A stretch of 61,590 nt of DNA, counting the filler, from Rhabdomonas costata (lineage: Eukaryota), in assembly GCA_019059605.1 (NCBI GenBank). It is 22 parts of 22 records of this genome, joined end to end, with 100 filler letters (N's around TTAATTAATTAA, not from the genome) between each part and the next. Parts side by side here need not be neighbours in the genome. Positions count along the whole stretch, not along the records: positions 36,500 to 39,198 come from JAHMHO010002314.1; positions 39,299 to 41,997 come from JAHMHO010002315.1; positions 42,098 to 44,797 come from JAHMHO010002316.1; positions 44,898 to 47,596 come from JAHMHO010002317.1; positions 47,697 to 50,398 come from JAHMHO010002318.1; 17 more parts are not named here. The stretch is one strand, 5' to 3'. The notes below the pieces were generated by a model that saw only the letters and a program-made list of their open reading frames with translations, was not told where the DNA came from and ran no database searches. Position 1 is the stretch's first letter. Each line of letters begins with the position of its first letter. Of this stretch, positions 36,828 through 50,365 are shown in pieces. Made by a program: the position numbers and the translations under genes.

Positions 36828-38162
36828 AAATGCGCAAGTACAAAGTAACTTCTGCAAATGAGACACGATGAGAGAGAGGCTGTCTGCGCCGCAAAAATAC
36901 AATTGCCCTGCCAAACGCATTCACTTCTATGCTTTGGTTGGCAGTTTTGATGAACAAAACAGCAGTGCTGCCTCCTCACATGTGGTAGGAAGAGTCGAGC
37001 AAGCACGCCGAGTAAGGCGCTTCCCTCGCAACGATTGAAGTCAGAGGTGGTCCCCATTCATTCAGTTTCTTTGATTCGATTCAACGAAGTACCAACGTAA
37101 GCGGATGTGCCGCATGATGCCGAGCCGTGTACAAAGGAAAGGACGCCATCTTCATCATTCTATGGCGTATTTTGTTCACTACTCTACTACCATTTCACGA
37201 CGTTGTGCTCCGATAGGACAGTGTTCAACATATGCACGGTCACTCTACGGCTTTCAGCAACCGCCTTTCTCGGAGGACCGCCCAAACTCTTCGCTGGCAG
37301 TAACTGGCCTGGACGACATTGGTGCATGGTGTACAGCACAAGGAGGCTTCGAGCGCCCCGACCCTGCAAACGGAATCGCCTCTTCCCGTGAAGAGGGACA
37401 TTCACCTCCACAGACACACAATAAAGACAAAAACAAACCGGAAAAAAGAGTGGAAGGGGTGAACACGCTCAGAAATGGAGGCGGACCCTAAGGATGGCCC
37501 CAAGCACAAAACAAGGTGATGACAATAGGGCGTAGGTTAGTTCTCGCCCTTCTTGAGCAACCCATCCTGTTATACAAAAAAGACTTTATGTGACCCATCC
37601 AGGGAGTATTCGCATTGGTTCCCTTGGCACACATTGCCAGACAGAGTAGCATGGCGAGGCACGGCCCCAATCCCCAATGGGGTGGCTCAACCGGGGCCCG
37701 GTGCAAGAGGGTTCGCCACTGGTGTAGCTGCAAGTTGGAAGATCACAAAAACCGGGGGGAAAAGTCGGAAAATATATCGTATGAGTGATTTCATAGCCAC
37801 AAGACTGATTCGAACGGCAGGGCTCGAATTCAGACAGTAAGCAAGCAATCTACAATTATGATGACCAGTTTGCTGACTGATGGAGACGCTTAGTGTGCAC
37901 CCTACCCGACTGAAATCCGCAGTAAATGGTCATAGTACTAAAAACAAAACATCCATCAAGAACCTAGCTCGACACCTACTCGCTTGAACCCTCACAACAC
38001 CCACGAAGAAAAAGAGATAAGTGAGTCGATGGGAGTTAACGTGAAGCAATTTTTCAGGAGTATGCATGGAAAGGCAACTTCTCTGCAGGAACTCTTTCTG
38101 AGCTCCCCTGTGGCGAATGGCATCTCTTCTCCCTGCACCGGCCAAGAAAAGCAAAGGCGTAC

Positions 38163-38846
38163 CGGCGGTGGCCACCCCATGGCCAGCACAGCATGGGAAG
38201 CACGGGAAGCCGCAGCACCCGCAGAACCGGTACGACTTGGAGTGGCAGCAGCACGTGAAGCAGCAGCAGCACGGGAACCACGAACCCCGCCCACACGTCG
38301 AGCACTGCCCAATGGAGAGAAGGAGGGACGCATAATGAAGCGAAGGTTGGGGAAGATTGAGGGGAAGAGGCACGCCAGGTGAAACACTCCTTTGCCCCAC
38401 TCCCTCATGATGCTAACCAGCGGTGCTCCGATTAATCATTTACTCCTCTTAGCAAACTTGTTTGCCAACACCGACAATTCATTACAAGCAAAGCAGCGGC
38501 TCCGGTGTGTGCGAGGGGGGAGGGGCGTGCAAACGCGCTTACGGCGAGGAGTGCCCACTGGCGACGTGATGAGGGGAAATTAGCAAAACTTACCCAACCA
38601 CGGGTTACCCGTGTGCGAAACAAAAAAGATCAAGGAAATACACACATCCGCTGTTTCGCACATAGAGAAGCACACGTCTGGACATTTCCCAAGCACAGCG
38701 AACCTTGCACTTCAGGCACAGGAAGCGCAGCGGGAAGTACACCAGGAACAGCAGCACGATCAGCGGGCACAGTACAAGGAAGACGATGACCCACCCGGCG
38801 TACCCCGCGTCCGAGGTGTAGCTCTTGGACGCGCACTGCGCATCCC
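38163..38846 (-). CDS. Single-pass membrane protein with a Cys-rich tail (partial, 2 exons)
   Basis: Exon 38846-38704 (YAGWVIVFLVLCPLIVLLFLVYFPLRFLCLKCK) splices in phase 0 to exon 38304-38163 (CSTCGRGSWFPCCCCFTCCCH..CGCCGFPCFPCC). Confidence 0.65.
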
Positions 38847-39897
38847 CTGAGCAACCCACACACGGACAGGGGCTTATAGTTATGAAAAAACGGTGCAGTG
38901 AGGGTGGTGAGTTCCTAAAAGCACAGTGCTCTGCAGCGGAATGGGGACGTGTTGTGAACAGAGTTGATCCGGACAGTCGTGGGGATGCGCGGCATGGTGG
39001 GGTCGACAAAAATATCCCCCGAGATGACGTTTTGTTCTCTCGCATTTTCAGCAAGGCGAATCACCAGCTTGACAGGAAAAAAACATGCATGGCCCAAAGG
39101 GTGAGAAGGAGTGTTGTCCTCACAGGCAATGTGGATTTATGGTGCTCCAATAGCAACCCCTGGATTAAGCACTGGTACGCTACGCATACAACACCACANN
39201 NNNNNNNNNNNNNNNNNNNNNNNNNNNNNNNNNNNNNNNNNNTTAATTAATTAANNNNNNNNNNNNNNNNNNNNNNNNNNNNNNNNNNNNNNNNNNNNGT
39301 TGGTAACAAAGCCTGAATTTTTAAATTTTACCTTTTTTTTCCTTTGAGAAGCCTGCACCTCGTTGCTGACACACCAGTGCGTGAAGCCACGAGATCTCCA
39401 AAACCTTCGCAGTTCGCTGGGCCCCCACTGCAGCCACTGCAACAACCCGACCACTCCCTTTATATCTTTTTCATTTTCAGGCATTTTCAAACAACACCTG
39501 TCGTAACCCTGCCGCCCTCCCCGTGCATAATAAAAACCTGTGAGCGCTGCCTTTCGGCTGTGCGCCGCACAATCGTGTCCGTGGTTGCTTCTTTCATGCC
39601 CCTGGGCAAAACGGAAGTTTTCGGACAAAACCTCCATTCCGGAAGAAAAAAATAGCGCCACGCTGAGCAAACAAAAACGAGTTTTTTCCGTTCCAGACTG
39701 ATTGGTTATAACTATGAACCAACAAGGATTCTGTTACAGCCCTTTCGACGGCAAAGTTGCCCACAAACGATTACAGGCACGGTTACGCAACGCTGAGTGA
39801 AGCCACGGTCTTGCAGAGAAAAAGGATGTGTCCAACACCATCACGAAACATCCAGTAAAAGTATTATCACTGGGAGGGGGGCTGTGGCACTTGCTCC

Positions 39898-41945
39898 TCA
39901 CTCATCTTCACTGTCAAAACAACCGCTCAAGACGGAGGAAACCTTCACCGCAGGAACTGAACGACGGGAAGCTTTGTGAGGTTCCATATTGAATAATTTT
40001 CGCTTTTTGCTCCCTTTCTTCGAAGAATCTGCCTTGGATGTCGTTTTCTTCTCACTGGCCTTTGCAGCAGGAGGTGCACAGCATTGCACGATGCGGGGGG
40101 CCGTATCCAATCTCCAAGGTGGGAGGAAGGTTAGGTTCTGACCGGGCACAACATTGGAATCCCAAAAGTACTCCAGCACCGTGTCATCAGAGCAGGTACC
40201 GCGACGAAGTTCACAATCTGAGTTGATGAACGGCATCCCGGGTGTTGGAGGAGTCGGAGGCGAGCTCAGCTTCACACCGGGTTTGGTTGAGCTGTAGAAA
40301 TAAACTTTTCCAACATTAAGACACTCCTTGAAATCAGCAGAAAGTTGCTCATAGCTGATCAACTTCAGTAACCGCTCAGTGGCCTCTTCAGCATCAGTTG
40401 CCTTACAAGTCTCGCCGAGAGACATAAAAGCTTGAATGCTGGCTTCTGCTGCACGGCAGCGCGTACGTCGCTCTTCCACTGAAATTGCAGCGAACTCTTG
40501 ATGGCAACGGGATAGCACAGCGAGCTTCTTTTCCTCCCCAGCCCTGGATGTAAAGCAGGCAACCAGTTGGTCGTGTGGAGCTGGTAAGCAGGACGGAAGG
40601 CAAGTAGCGGGCATCAACATTATGTAGTTGATCACAGGGCGTGGAGGTAGTTCTCGTGGGTTTTGAGAAAAGGTGTTGGAGATGCTTGTGAAAGCAGATG
40701 AAAAACTATTTCGGATACGTGCGGGGCATGCTCGGCGTTGTAGGCAAACCCGTAGTCAACGCAATACCCAAGTGCAAAGCTCAGTGTGCACCATAGCATG
40801 GCGTGAAGGTGGTGCTCGACCGCATTTGTGCTCAGGGGCCTGTGGAACGTCATCTCACTGATGCCGGACTTCTCGTGCGCAAGCTGCAAAACTCGAGCGA
40901 GGAAGGCACGGTTCATCTTCACTGCGGAATTCTTAAGCGTCACAATGCTGAACTGCATGTAATCTTTCTGGCGGAGCTCAACGTACGCCTCCCAGCACAT
41001 CTCCGGATTTACGCTGTCGACGGCAGGAAGATAGTCATTCCCTCTCAAAAGAGCCAGAAAAACGAAATCAATTCGTGCCCCAGGCAGTAGCAAAGATGTC
41101 ACGAAACCACCTTTCTGCAGCTTCTCGGATGCATCGGAGAAACTGTCATCATCAAGTGCGGCGCGCTTCTTGAAGCCCTGATTCTGCTCTTTCGTTATCA
41201 ACTTCTGTCCTTCATGGAGAAGTTTTGTCAGCCTGTCTTCAGTGGAGTGTCCTTTCACGGTATGCCCAGATCTTGTTTGATGTTGTTTCAGCCAAGAAAA
41301 ACACAGGTTTCCGACCGAGTAGCAAATTTTCGTGGACATCTCAGCAACGGATACGTTCACCACCGAAGCGCAAGCCACGGCAGAAAGAAGCAAGTCGCTG
41401 TCCTCCCCGACGATGCAGAATCTGTGATCCTTTCCGTCAGGATTTTCGGCACACATTCGCCGAATGTGAAATACGACCTTGAGGTCTCCCTCACCGGGAA
41501 CAAGTGGCCCTGAAATGAAGAACTTAACGGCATTGGCCTTTTTAGTCTGCAGGCGGAGGCAGCAATAGTACTCCAAAAACTTCTGAACCCGAAGCAGCAG
41601 CTCAGATCCTGCGGTGAGGAGAAACGATGACAGCTCAGCACGTTTTGCCATGCGTTGACTCTGCGACCGGCGCTGCTTCTGTATCACAAACTTAGCCATT
41701 GGGGCACAGCCGTCGATGCAAAGCAAGAGGGACCTCGTCGGACGACAGAATGTCAAAACAGAATCCAGCATTTGAAAGAGAAGATCAAACAGCTCAGCTT
41801 CAGTTGAAGCCCGTTCCCGGGCACGGTGAAGAAGAGGATTCAACTCCACCATGACGTGGTCAAAGTCCGCGGGGCCCAACATAGTTGTTGCCACAGTTGG
41901 AAAGTGGATCCGAATCCATCTTTTAAAAGATGAAGAAAGCCCCAT
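39898..41945 (-). CDS. XRN-family 5'-3' exoribonuclease-like protein, intronless, one apparent frameshift near 40660
   Basis: Motifs FDHVMVELNPLLH, LCIDGCAPMAK..QKQRR, SGPLVPGEGDLK, IVGEDSDL, DFVFLALLRGNDYLP and YGFAY..HAP. Homology continues in the -1 frame as PPRPVINYIMLMP..CLPAP. Confidence 0.85.
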
Positions 41946-42563
41946 TCTCTGCAAGCAACAACAACCTGGTCGAAAAAAGTCAAACAGACACATTCGCNNN
42001 NNNNNNNNNNNNNNNNNNNNNNNNNNNNNNNNNNNNNNNNNTTAATTAATTAANNNNNNNNNNNNNNNNNNNNNNNNNNNNNNNNNNNNNNNNNNNNTTT
42101 TGGGGCAGGCACAGATTCCTGAACATCCTTTGGAAACAGCGGGGAAGGAGCGGGACTGTGTAAAATTGTGCGGTGGTTGGCTGCTTCGCCCTTCTGGCAT
42201 TCTGACAGTCCGCGCTGGTTTTCGGAGTTCCGAACTTGAAAAACAAGATGGCGGCATGCTGGCGGAGCAAGTTTCGCCAGCCGTATTCTGAGGCACCCCA
42301 GCAACCACGACAGTGGTCGGACTGGCCAAAAAAGACCACGCGTTGCCGCCCGCAGCAAGCATGTCAAAACAGCCGTGCTAGGTTTATTTCCTAAAATCGA
42401 CGAAGAAAACACTGCAACCCAACGGATGCGCCTAATATTTGATTCCTTGTGGTCAAATGGCAGAAAACAATTATGAGGCCTTGGACGGAACGGGGGAATG
42501 TTTCGCCCGAAGAGTTCGGCGAATAAACTGCCCCAAGGTAATCTTGTCGAAACGGTAGCTTGT

Positions 42564-43100
42564 TTACGGCGCGATCTGGATCATCTCAGCGGCAACCCTT
42601 TTTTTTTGGACGTTCTCGTTCGGCACGGCGCTTCCCAGCACCGGATCCATTCTTGCGGCCATAATTGAAACCATCTGGGCAGGCTCCAGCGCAGGACACT
42701 TGGCCACCAGGAATAGTGCCAGGATTGGTTCCGGAAGGGGATTCCGGCCAGAGACCCCGAAGGGATTCTGCGTGGCGAAGAAGAGGAAGTTGGGATGCAC
42801 ATTGACAACCTTGCCCAAAATAGGAACGGTGACGTAGCGGGGGTTTTCCGGCACAGCATGCATGAAGGCCACCACTTCCGAGGGCGGAAGGTTCACAAGT
42901 GCCCGGTGCAGCTGCCCGTGGATGATTTCCAGGGTCCCATTGGGGCGAACCATGAATGTCCCAAAGGAGTCCTGCGTAGTGGTGTCCGCAGAGTTAAGGA
43001 CGAACTCGAAGGTACCCGCGAACGGTTTTTGCTATTACACCGGCTTTTTGTCATCAGCTGCGCTGCAGCGGTCTTCCTGACACTTGGGTTTAGTTTGATT
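42564..43100 (-). pseudogene. Decayed midasin/MoxR-clade AAA module
   Basis: VNLPPSEV..VHPNFLFFATQNP..SGRNPLP matches the midasin-type AAA signature. The Walker B segment is absent between HRAL and VNL, a Walker A relic (NPSVRKTA) lies in another frame, and there is a premature stop. Confidence 0.65.
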
Positions 43101-44529
43101 GAACAGGATAGGCAGTGGAAAAGTGACAAAAGCCCTCATCAGCGACATTAAATTCAACTTTGGTATGGTCAGCGGTGTGGATGTGGCCAATCAGGCAGAA
43201 ACATCTCTTCCGGCTCTTGAGCAAGAGGGGCCCAAAATAGGAGGAGGACTGTTTATAACAGCAATTCAATGCGGAGCTCGCAATAAAGGCCACAAACAAA
43301 CGTCACAATGTCGTCACAACGTGAGAACATGACAAAGGCAATGGGGGCAGCAGCCCTTGAAAACTCTCCTCCGGGGAAAGCAAAGACGTTTATCGTGCTA
43401 GAAGGCTGGAGTCTGAATGCAAGCCAGGTGCAGGCTGATAAGCCGCACCCACAGGCTCAGCTGCCGCAGAGGCTCCCGGCGGTGCACCTGTTCGAAATCA
43501 ATTCGCCATAAAAGGACACAAATATGGCAAAAAGGAACAAAAACTGGTGATAATTGTGAAAACAAGTCAAAAGACACCCTAAATGGTACGTTTGCATGCC
43601 ATACAAGTTGTCCCTCTTGCCAGTGTTTTGTCCTCATCTCGACTCGATGCCACACTTCAGCAATGCAACATCTTTAAGGAAAGGTGGTGCAGGGACCAAA
43701 GGCTGCGAAACAAACCCTTTATTGTGGTCAAGTTTTCCGCAGACAGTCTTGGAGTGGGAAGCATTTTATTCGGGGTGGGGGGAAGTGACGGGCGATAAAC
43801 GCGGTGATATTTTCGGCGGATCTATCTCTGGTGGGTTATTTTGCCTGGGAGTGATTTTATTCTGGGGAGCGTACTCGGCGTCAGGGTCCTGAAATCAAAT
43901 TTTTTCTCCAAAGGCACCATAGGTAAGTGGCCCATTGATTCGGATTTCCACGACAAGTTCCATAGCGTTTCTCTTCGTGTCGAAAGGCAACAGTACGAAT
44001 GAATTGGAAAAAACCAACCCCACTATGTGCCAGCAGATGTGAGCTTCCAGCATATCTTTGTAAAATCTTTGTAAATCTTTGTAAAATTGCAGCCTGTGCA
44101 CGGTGGTGCTTCTCTTCTGATTCTGGGCCACTGCGAATCTGCGGTAAATTCACTGTAAATTTATTTGGCTTCAGTGCCAAACATTTAGCACTGCTATTTG
44201 CTTCGGCGGTCAAAGATGGTTGCATTGGTCGTTGCTGGGCAGACAAAAACAGTATAATTTATCGCGGAGGCAAGCGAAGAGGAGCGGCCGGAGCGAGGGA
44301 CTAGAATTGGGACGTTCATGGTGGGCGATGCACGGTTGAGCACTGCTAAACCGCCAAACGGGTCACTTTTTCTTGGGCACGGAAATTCGGTAAAATGTGC
44401 CAGCCACCTCTAAATGAGCGACATGGGGTTAGGTAAAGCGTTTTCCCGACCCCTGGAGAGAACTTCCCTGGTGGGAACTTTTATTTCAGCTCAGCTTTCC
44501 GTTTAGTGCACTGCTGGGGGGGGCTTGCG

Positions 44530-44797
44530 GTCACCGTTTCCCAAGCACTCTGCCGTGCCGCATGGCGATCTCAGCGAGAGAGCCGCCTGTAGAGGCTCCT
44601 CGCCCTGTGGCGGGTCTTGCGACCCCAGAGCAGCCAAGAACTGTGTGATCACGGGCAGCCTAGGGTCCCCCTTGGAGGAGGCGATGGTGTGCATTAGGCC
44701 GTTTCCCACATCGCACCCCAGCGGGAGGTGCGCGAGGATCTCCCGGATAGTGTTCTCCTCGCTGTCGTACAGCAACAGCACCACGGTGTCACTCTGG
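44530..44797 (-). CDS. Exon of an unknown protein
   Basis: GC-rich open frame VVLLLYDSEENTIREILAHLPLGCDVGNGLMH.. running in from the contig edge. Confidence 0.4.
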
Positions 44798-47700
44798 NNN
44801 NNNNNNNNNNNNNNNNNNNNNNNNNNNNNNNNNNNNNNNNNTTAATTAATTAANNNNNNNNNNNNNNNNNNNNNNNNNNNNNNNNNNNNNNNNNNNNGCA
44901 CAAGGCCGCGACGCGGAGAGCCAGCGAGAACACGGGCTTGGAGGAGGAGGAGGCCGCAAGGCAGCACCGAAAGCATCACAGCGAAGCTGGATAAAGCAAA
45001 ACAGAAGGAACAGAAGGAAGTCTCCTAATTGCTGGGCGGAAGTCTCGTATTTCGATATTAAGTCGATCGACCCCCGTCAAAAACATTTTCGGTCCCTTTG
45101 CATGAGTAGGTGTTTAATCGAGGAGGTGTTTACGACCGCCGGAGGCACTTGTGCAGAATAGTTGAGTACGAAACGCTCGTTCAAGCACACTTGGCCAAGG
45201 CGACATTTTTCTGAAGAAGACTCGCGTTTCTCTTCGCCATTGGTCTCCCACCCTCGATGGGTTTTGGGCATGGGGCCTCCCTCCTCTTAGAGACCCGGGT
45301 GTTTCGGTTTCTGCTATTGATTAGTCGATTGTCGTTTTGTGCGTATGTGTGTATGAGTGGTGGACTGGTGTTCATGGCAGACAGTGGCAATCTAGCACAA
45401 AATTTCACTAATACTTCAATCAAGGGTTGTCCATTTACTTCAGTTTTTTTTTCTGGGTGTAGGGTCTTCTTTCCTTGAAAGGAGGTCAAGCGATGCCCAC
45501 TCTTGTAAATGCGTTTCGTTTACTCCTGGCTCCGTCTGTCCGTATCCAACCTTCATATTCACAGCGGTTTTCTTTCTCTATCACTCAATGTAACTTGTGC
45601 TCTCCATTCCACTCGGCCGCGCACGTATTCTTGTTATGATTATGGCGCGCAAGTTTGCAGAATGCTCTGCCCTCCACGCGATGTGGCCCTTCACCACCGC
45701 GGACTGCTTATTTGATTTTCTCTGTTTATTCTGCGTTCTCCATTCCTGCCTGCCGCCCAAGTCTTTTTGCATTGATTATTGGGTGCAGTTTTATAGACCG
45801 TTCAAAAGAGTCTAGTAATTCTTTAAAATTCAGCGCATCCACGCACTCAGTTCAGATTACAGTGCACGTAATTGCGTGGAAATTTTTACTTACGTGTTGG
45901 CTGGTAGCCTCCAATGCAGTGCAGCTCCTAGTGCGATTACGTATTTACTGAGCAAACCCGAAGCCCAAGAACTTTTACGGCAAATAACGAGCAACAGAAC
46001 GATGCAGAATAAAAACGATGTAAATAAGAACGTAGAATTGATTCTAAATCATTTTATTAATGTGGATTTCATTTGCCTTGGTTTGCTTTTGACATACGGT
46101 TGACCTTGCATTTCTGGGGGGGGGGGAGGAGAGAAATGAAGTTACCACGAAGGAGGCCTCCACCGTGATCCCGGCAGTAAGCCCAAGGCAACAAGCCCAA
46201 GGCTTACCACGCGCAACCCTTGGAACGCCATTTTACTTCATTTTTGAATGGTTCAAGAAAGGATGTAAGCGAAACACTGCAGAAGAAGCAGGAGAGTAAA
46301 GAAGGGTGATTCTGTGAACGGGTGAAAGTGGGGTGGTAAGCAAATATTCCTGCGCAGCAGAATTTGCTGTGCGAAGGAATTGTATGAAATTAACAAAGCC
46401 ACCGCAGAGGCACCAACAACAGCATTGTCAAGATATTTTTCATGACAGGAAAGAGGACGAAAGTTACAAAGGCAACAATCCTGAAGTCGAATGGCAGGAT
46501 TGCAGCTGAAGCACATTCCCTTTGGATCCTTTGTTTTTAGAGAGAATTTCAAAAAAAAAAAAGAAGACCAGAAACGTGATGAAGCTGCAGCGCCAAGTAG
46601 CGCTCGTTCACAGTGCGCTTGCAAACACACCATCACCAAACACCACTTTGACCCAGTGAAAAGCATGCAAACAGAGAGAGAATAAACAAGTCCGATTTGT
46701 TGCGAAGTTGCGCGTTGCTGTTGCAGCCATGGGTGCTGCAAAAAAACCTTAAGGGTTGTGGAAACTGCGTCGCCGACAGCGACACAGCACGCTGAACGTC
46801 AACCTCCCCAATATCAACACACTCTTCTAATTTCAAAATCACGCCGACTATGAGATATTGCAACCAGAGACGGAGTTCTCCTGCCCCTGGTACTAGGAAC
46901 ACGATATCCAAGTGATGAGGTTCAACTGCACCCCGCCCATAGAAATACGGCGGGGTCAAAAACGCCCAAACTGGACCCTTCGAGAGATCAATCAAATTGG
47001 AGCCGAAAAAAGTGGTACCACGCCTCCCATTTCCGAAGTGACTCCTGACGGGTGCTGCCGGAAGACACCAGCAAAAAAAAAGAAAAGGACGCCATACAAA
47101 TCAAACCCCACCATGGCTCCATCCGCAGGCATTGGGAATAGGGCTGCTAGGGCTGTTGCTCCTGGTCCTGTTGGGCGTAAAGCACATGTGCTCGCGCCTT
47201 CTCTCATCCAGGTAGGATTCCCCTCGACCCACCCTCCCAGATCAAAGGCTGGCGGGGCGAAGGGTGGGTCCATGAGCATTACCAGCCGCGCAACCAGCGT
47301 CAACAACCGTTGTGTGTGTCTGTGCTTGTGTGCATTTTTTTTTGATAAGGATGCACACCTGGGCACATCTGCATTCCGCGCAGGCCTTTGCCCACTCAGC
47401 GGTTAACATAGCCGCGTCCCCATGCAGGGCATGGCTTGCTCAGCCCTTGCGCAAAATGGCAACCATCGGCAAGATGTGGAACAGAACCGTGGGACCAGTG
47501 CATACCTGGCCAAACCCCAGCAATGCCAACGATACAAGCAATGCGGCCTCACCCCAGCACAGCGGACGGGAGGGGGGAGGGGTGCGTTACCATGCTNNNN
47601 NNNNNNNNNNNNNNNNNNNNNNNNNNNNNNNNNNNNNNNNTTAATTAATTAANNNNNNNNNNNNNNNNNNNNNNNNNNNNNNNNNNNNNNNNNNNNGTTT

Positions 47701-48793
47701 TGATGGAATCCCATAGACATCTGCAGCATCCTCTAATCCCCTACCAGCCCTTTATCGGAATCACACGGGAAATTTACCCAAAATACTGTGGAGAGTGGAA
47801 TAGAGTTGATGGGGGGGGGGGGCAAAAAAACTGCTGTGCCGATAAAAACAGTGCGACCACAGGACCTAGAAAGATAAGAAAAGTGCGTGACACCTGCGCG
47901 CATTGTCATGCAGGACTGCAGAAGGGCCCGAGCCATTGTGCGCCGCAGCATCATCTTTGGGGGGAGAAAAAAGCCGAAAGGGAGTGTATAAGGGAAAATA
48001 TACCTTGATTGGGAATCTGTTGGGGAAAACCGAAACACACAAGGAGGTGCCCCAAGAAGCGCCATTTCTATCATGCAAACGTTTTCACCGGAAAGTACGC
48101 CAAAGAAGCAGCGCGTGGTACTGTATTCTCAACTGGCCAAGGCGAAAATGGGAATTCAGCAGTGTGTGCTCGCGCAAAAAACGTGCCACCCCCCCCCCCC
48201 AGCTCGCTTCACAAATCACCCGACCACTGCTACTGCTGGGAGCAGAGAAACGACCTGAAACCAAACCCTCCATAAGCATCTTTTGCTATGCACGTTCTAA
48301 GTATATCAAAGTCCTGTCTTTTCGTTTTCTTCAGTGTTGGGGAATGGAAATATCCTGGACTCACATGGGCGCTGAATCGCCTTAACATCACGGCGAAATT
48401 CTCCAACCTTACCCCCGGGGGGCTCCAAATGACCACACTCACTCACTCACTCACTCACTCACTCATGAGGCGTTCGAGTTATATTGTAAAAACAGTTTCA
48501 CTGATGATCGTTAATCCCCTACCCACAACATGACAAGGGTCTTGAATCGTAGCGCGCAGAAAGCCATCGGGAAGGTCCACTTGCTAATGCAGCACGAGCG
48601 TGGGGTCGTGCGATCGAATAATAGAAAGCCAATGAGACAATAAGTACATCACAGCACAAAGACAGAACGGCACGGAGGAAGAGAAAGAGCAGTGGGACAG
48701 GGGGGGCGTCGGGCTTTGCGGGGGGGTAAAGCCTTTGGGGGCCCGTGCCGTGGAAGCACAGCAGGGGCCCCCTCCCCTCCAACGACGCCCTTT

Positions 48794-50365
48794 CTATGAG
48801 CGGAGCACAGCGTCGGAGACTACTCGTGGCCGTGCCTTAAAAAAGACGGAAAACACACACACAAATGGCCAAATAAAACCATGCAAAAATTCCAAAAAAA
48901 AACAGTTGCTTCAGTGGATGCCAGAGAGGACAGGGAACCTCTCCCTTTGTCAACCCTCCATCCCCCTCGTACCTTTCCTTTCCCATACAATCAAGTAAGC
49001 ATAAAGTTCTACCTAGCGAATTGCCCGCATTTGGAAGAGCTCAAGCAGATCAAGCAGAACGGTCGCAACAACCCTGCAGGAAATTTGATTTCCTCAGCAC
49101 TTCGTTTTCAGTCATCAGTGCCAAGAAGCCTTGAAACAGGAAGCAAAAAAACATAACATAAAGGGGGACGGGGGCGTGCCCTTCCCTACCCCCAAAACGT
49201 GCACAGGCCGCTGAGGAGAGTCCACGGTGGTGGGGGAGGAGTCGACGTAAATTGGGGCCTGGTCCGCGTATGCCACTCCGCGCGAGGGGCTAAGCACGGC
49301 CCCCCCGCATTCCTGCAACCCAATCACCCGGCGCTGGCCAGGAACCTCCACCTCGACGATCTTCTCAATGATGTTGTCCACAGGAACCTGTCACAGGAAG
49401 TGTGATAATTGCTCTGACAGAAAAACGGCGATGGTGCTGCTGACAATCCATTGCTTCTGCTCTGCCGCTGGCTACCTTATTCTTGTGGGAAAATACTGGT
49501 TTGAAGTTCGGGTCATAGCAACAAGGACGTAATCTTCCGGAAGACCTGCCACTCGTACGCAGGTTACCAGGCATGGCAGTGTGTTGGGCGCATTGCGCGC
49601 TGGCTATTGCATGGTTGATGTTGGTGACCACTCGGGCGCACGCGCTGTTAGTCGCGGGTGCTCGCGAGGGTTAACGTTGGAGCGAACGGCGCTGTGGGGA
49701 ACCGGCTCACCACCGGCCATTGTCGCGCAGCTGCTCTTTTCCAACGGCTACCAGCAATGCTCCATTGCTGCTCAGGTCTCTGAGACCCGTATATATATGT
49801 GGGGGGGGGGGGGGAGCGCAGAACGGTAGACCTCGACAATGCGCTCCACGATATTCTCGACGGGGACCTCGATGATTTTCTCGCGGATGTGCACAACGGG
49901 AACCTCGATGATTTTTTCCACCACTCTCTCCACGGGGACCGTGATTGTCTTCTCCACGATATGTGGGACGGGCACCTGTCACCCAGGTGGCACAGCAAAC
50001 AGCAGCAGACATCATCACCTTACCAAAACCCTCCATAAGTGGTTTCCTTTGCACGACAGTTCAAAAACGAGAACCGCACCAAAAGATTCCCAACGAATAA
50101 GTAAGAAAAATGAAAGTTTTTGTTGCAACACGGGAAAAATTGATCTTGTCCGATTTGCTTAAGTGAGCATGTGCTTTGACTCATGCGCGAGTAAATTAGA
50201 GGATGACACAACCATGGAACCAAAGAGTCCTGGCCTGAATGGAAGCATTGGAGCAGAAACCTCGACAATCTTTTCGATCACTTTCTCCACGACAACCTCC
50301 TCCTCCTCGTACACAATGCGCTCCACGGGCACCTCCACAATCTTCTCGACCACCCTCTCAACAAC
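48794..50365 (-). CDS. Articulin/alveolin-type VPV-repeat cortical cytoskeleton protein (C-terminal part)
   Basis: Phase-0 exons 50365-50261 (VVERVVEKIVEVPVERIV), 49975-49832 (VPVPHIVEK..VPVERVVEKIIEVPV), 49387-~49199 and a probable last exon ~48835-48794. Confidence 0.85.

Noticed and set aside
46633-47406. Overlapping ORFs on both strands of this contig
   Set aside because: No recognisable motif and no consistent exon chain, so left uncalled.
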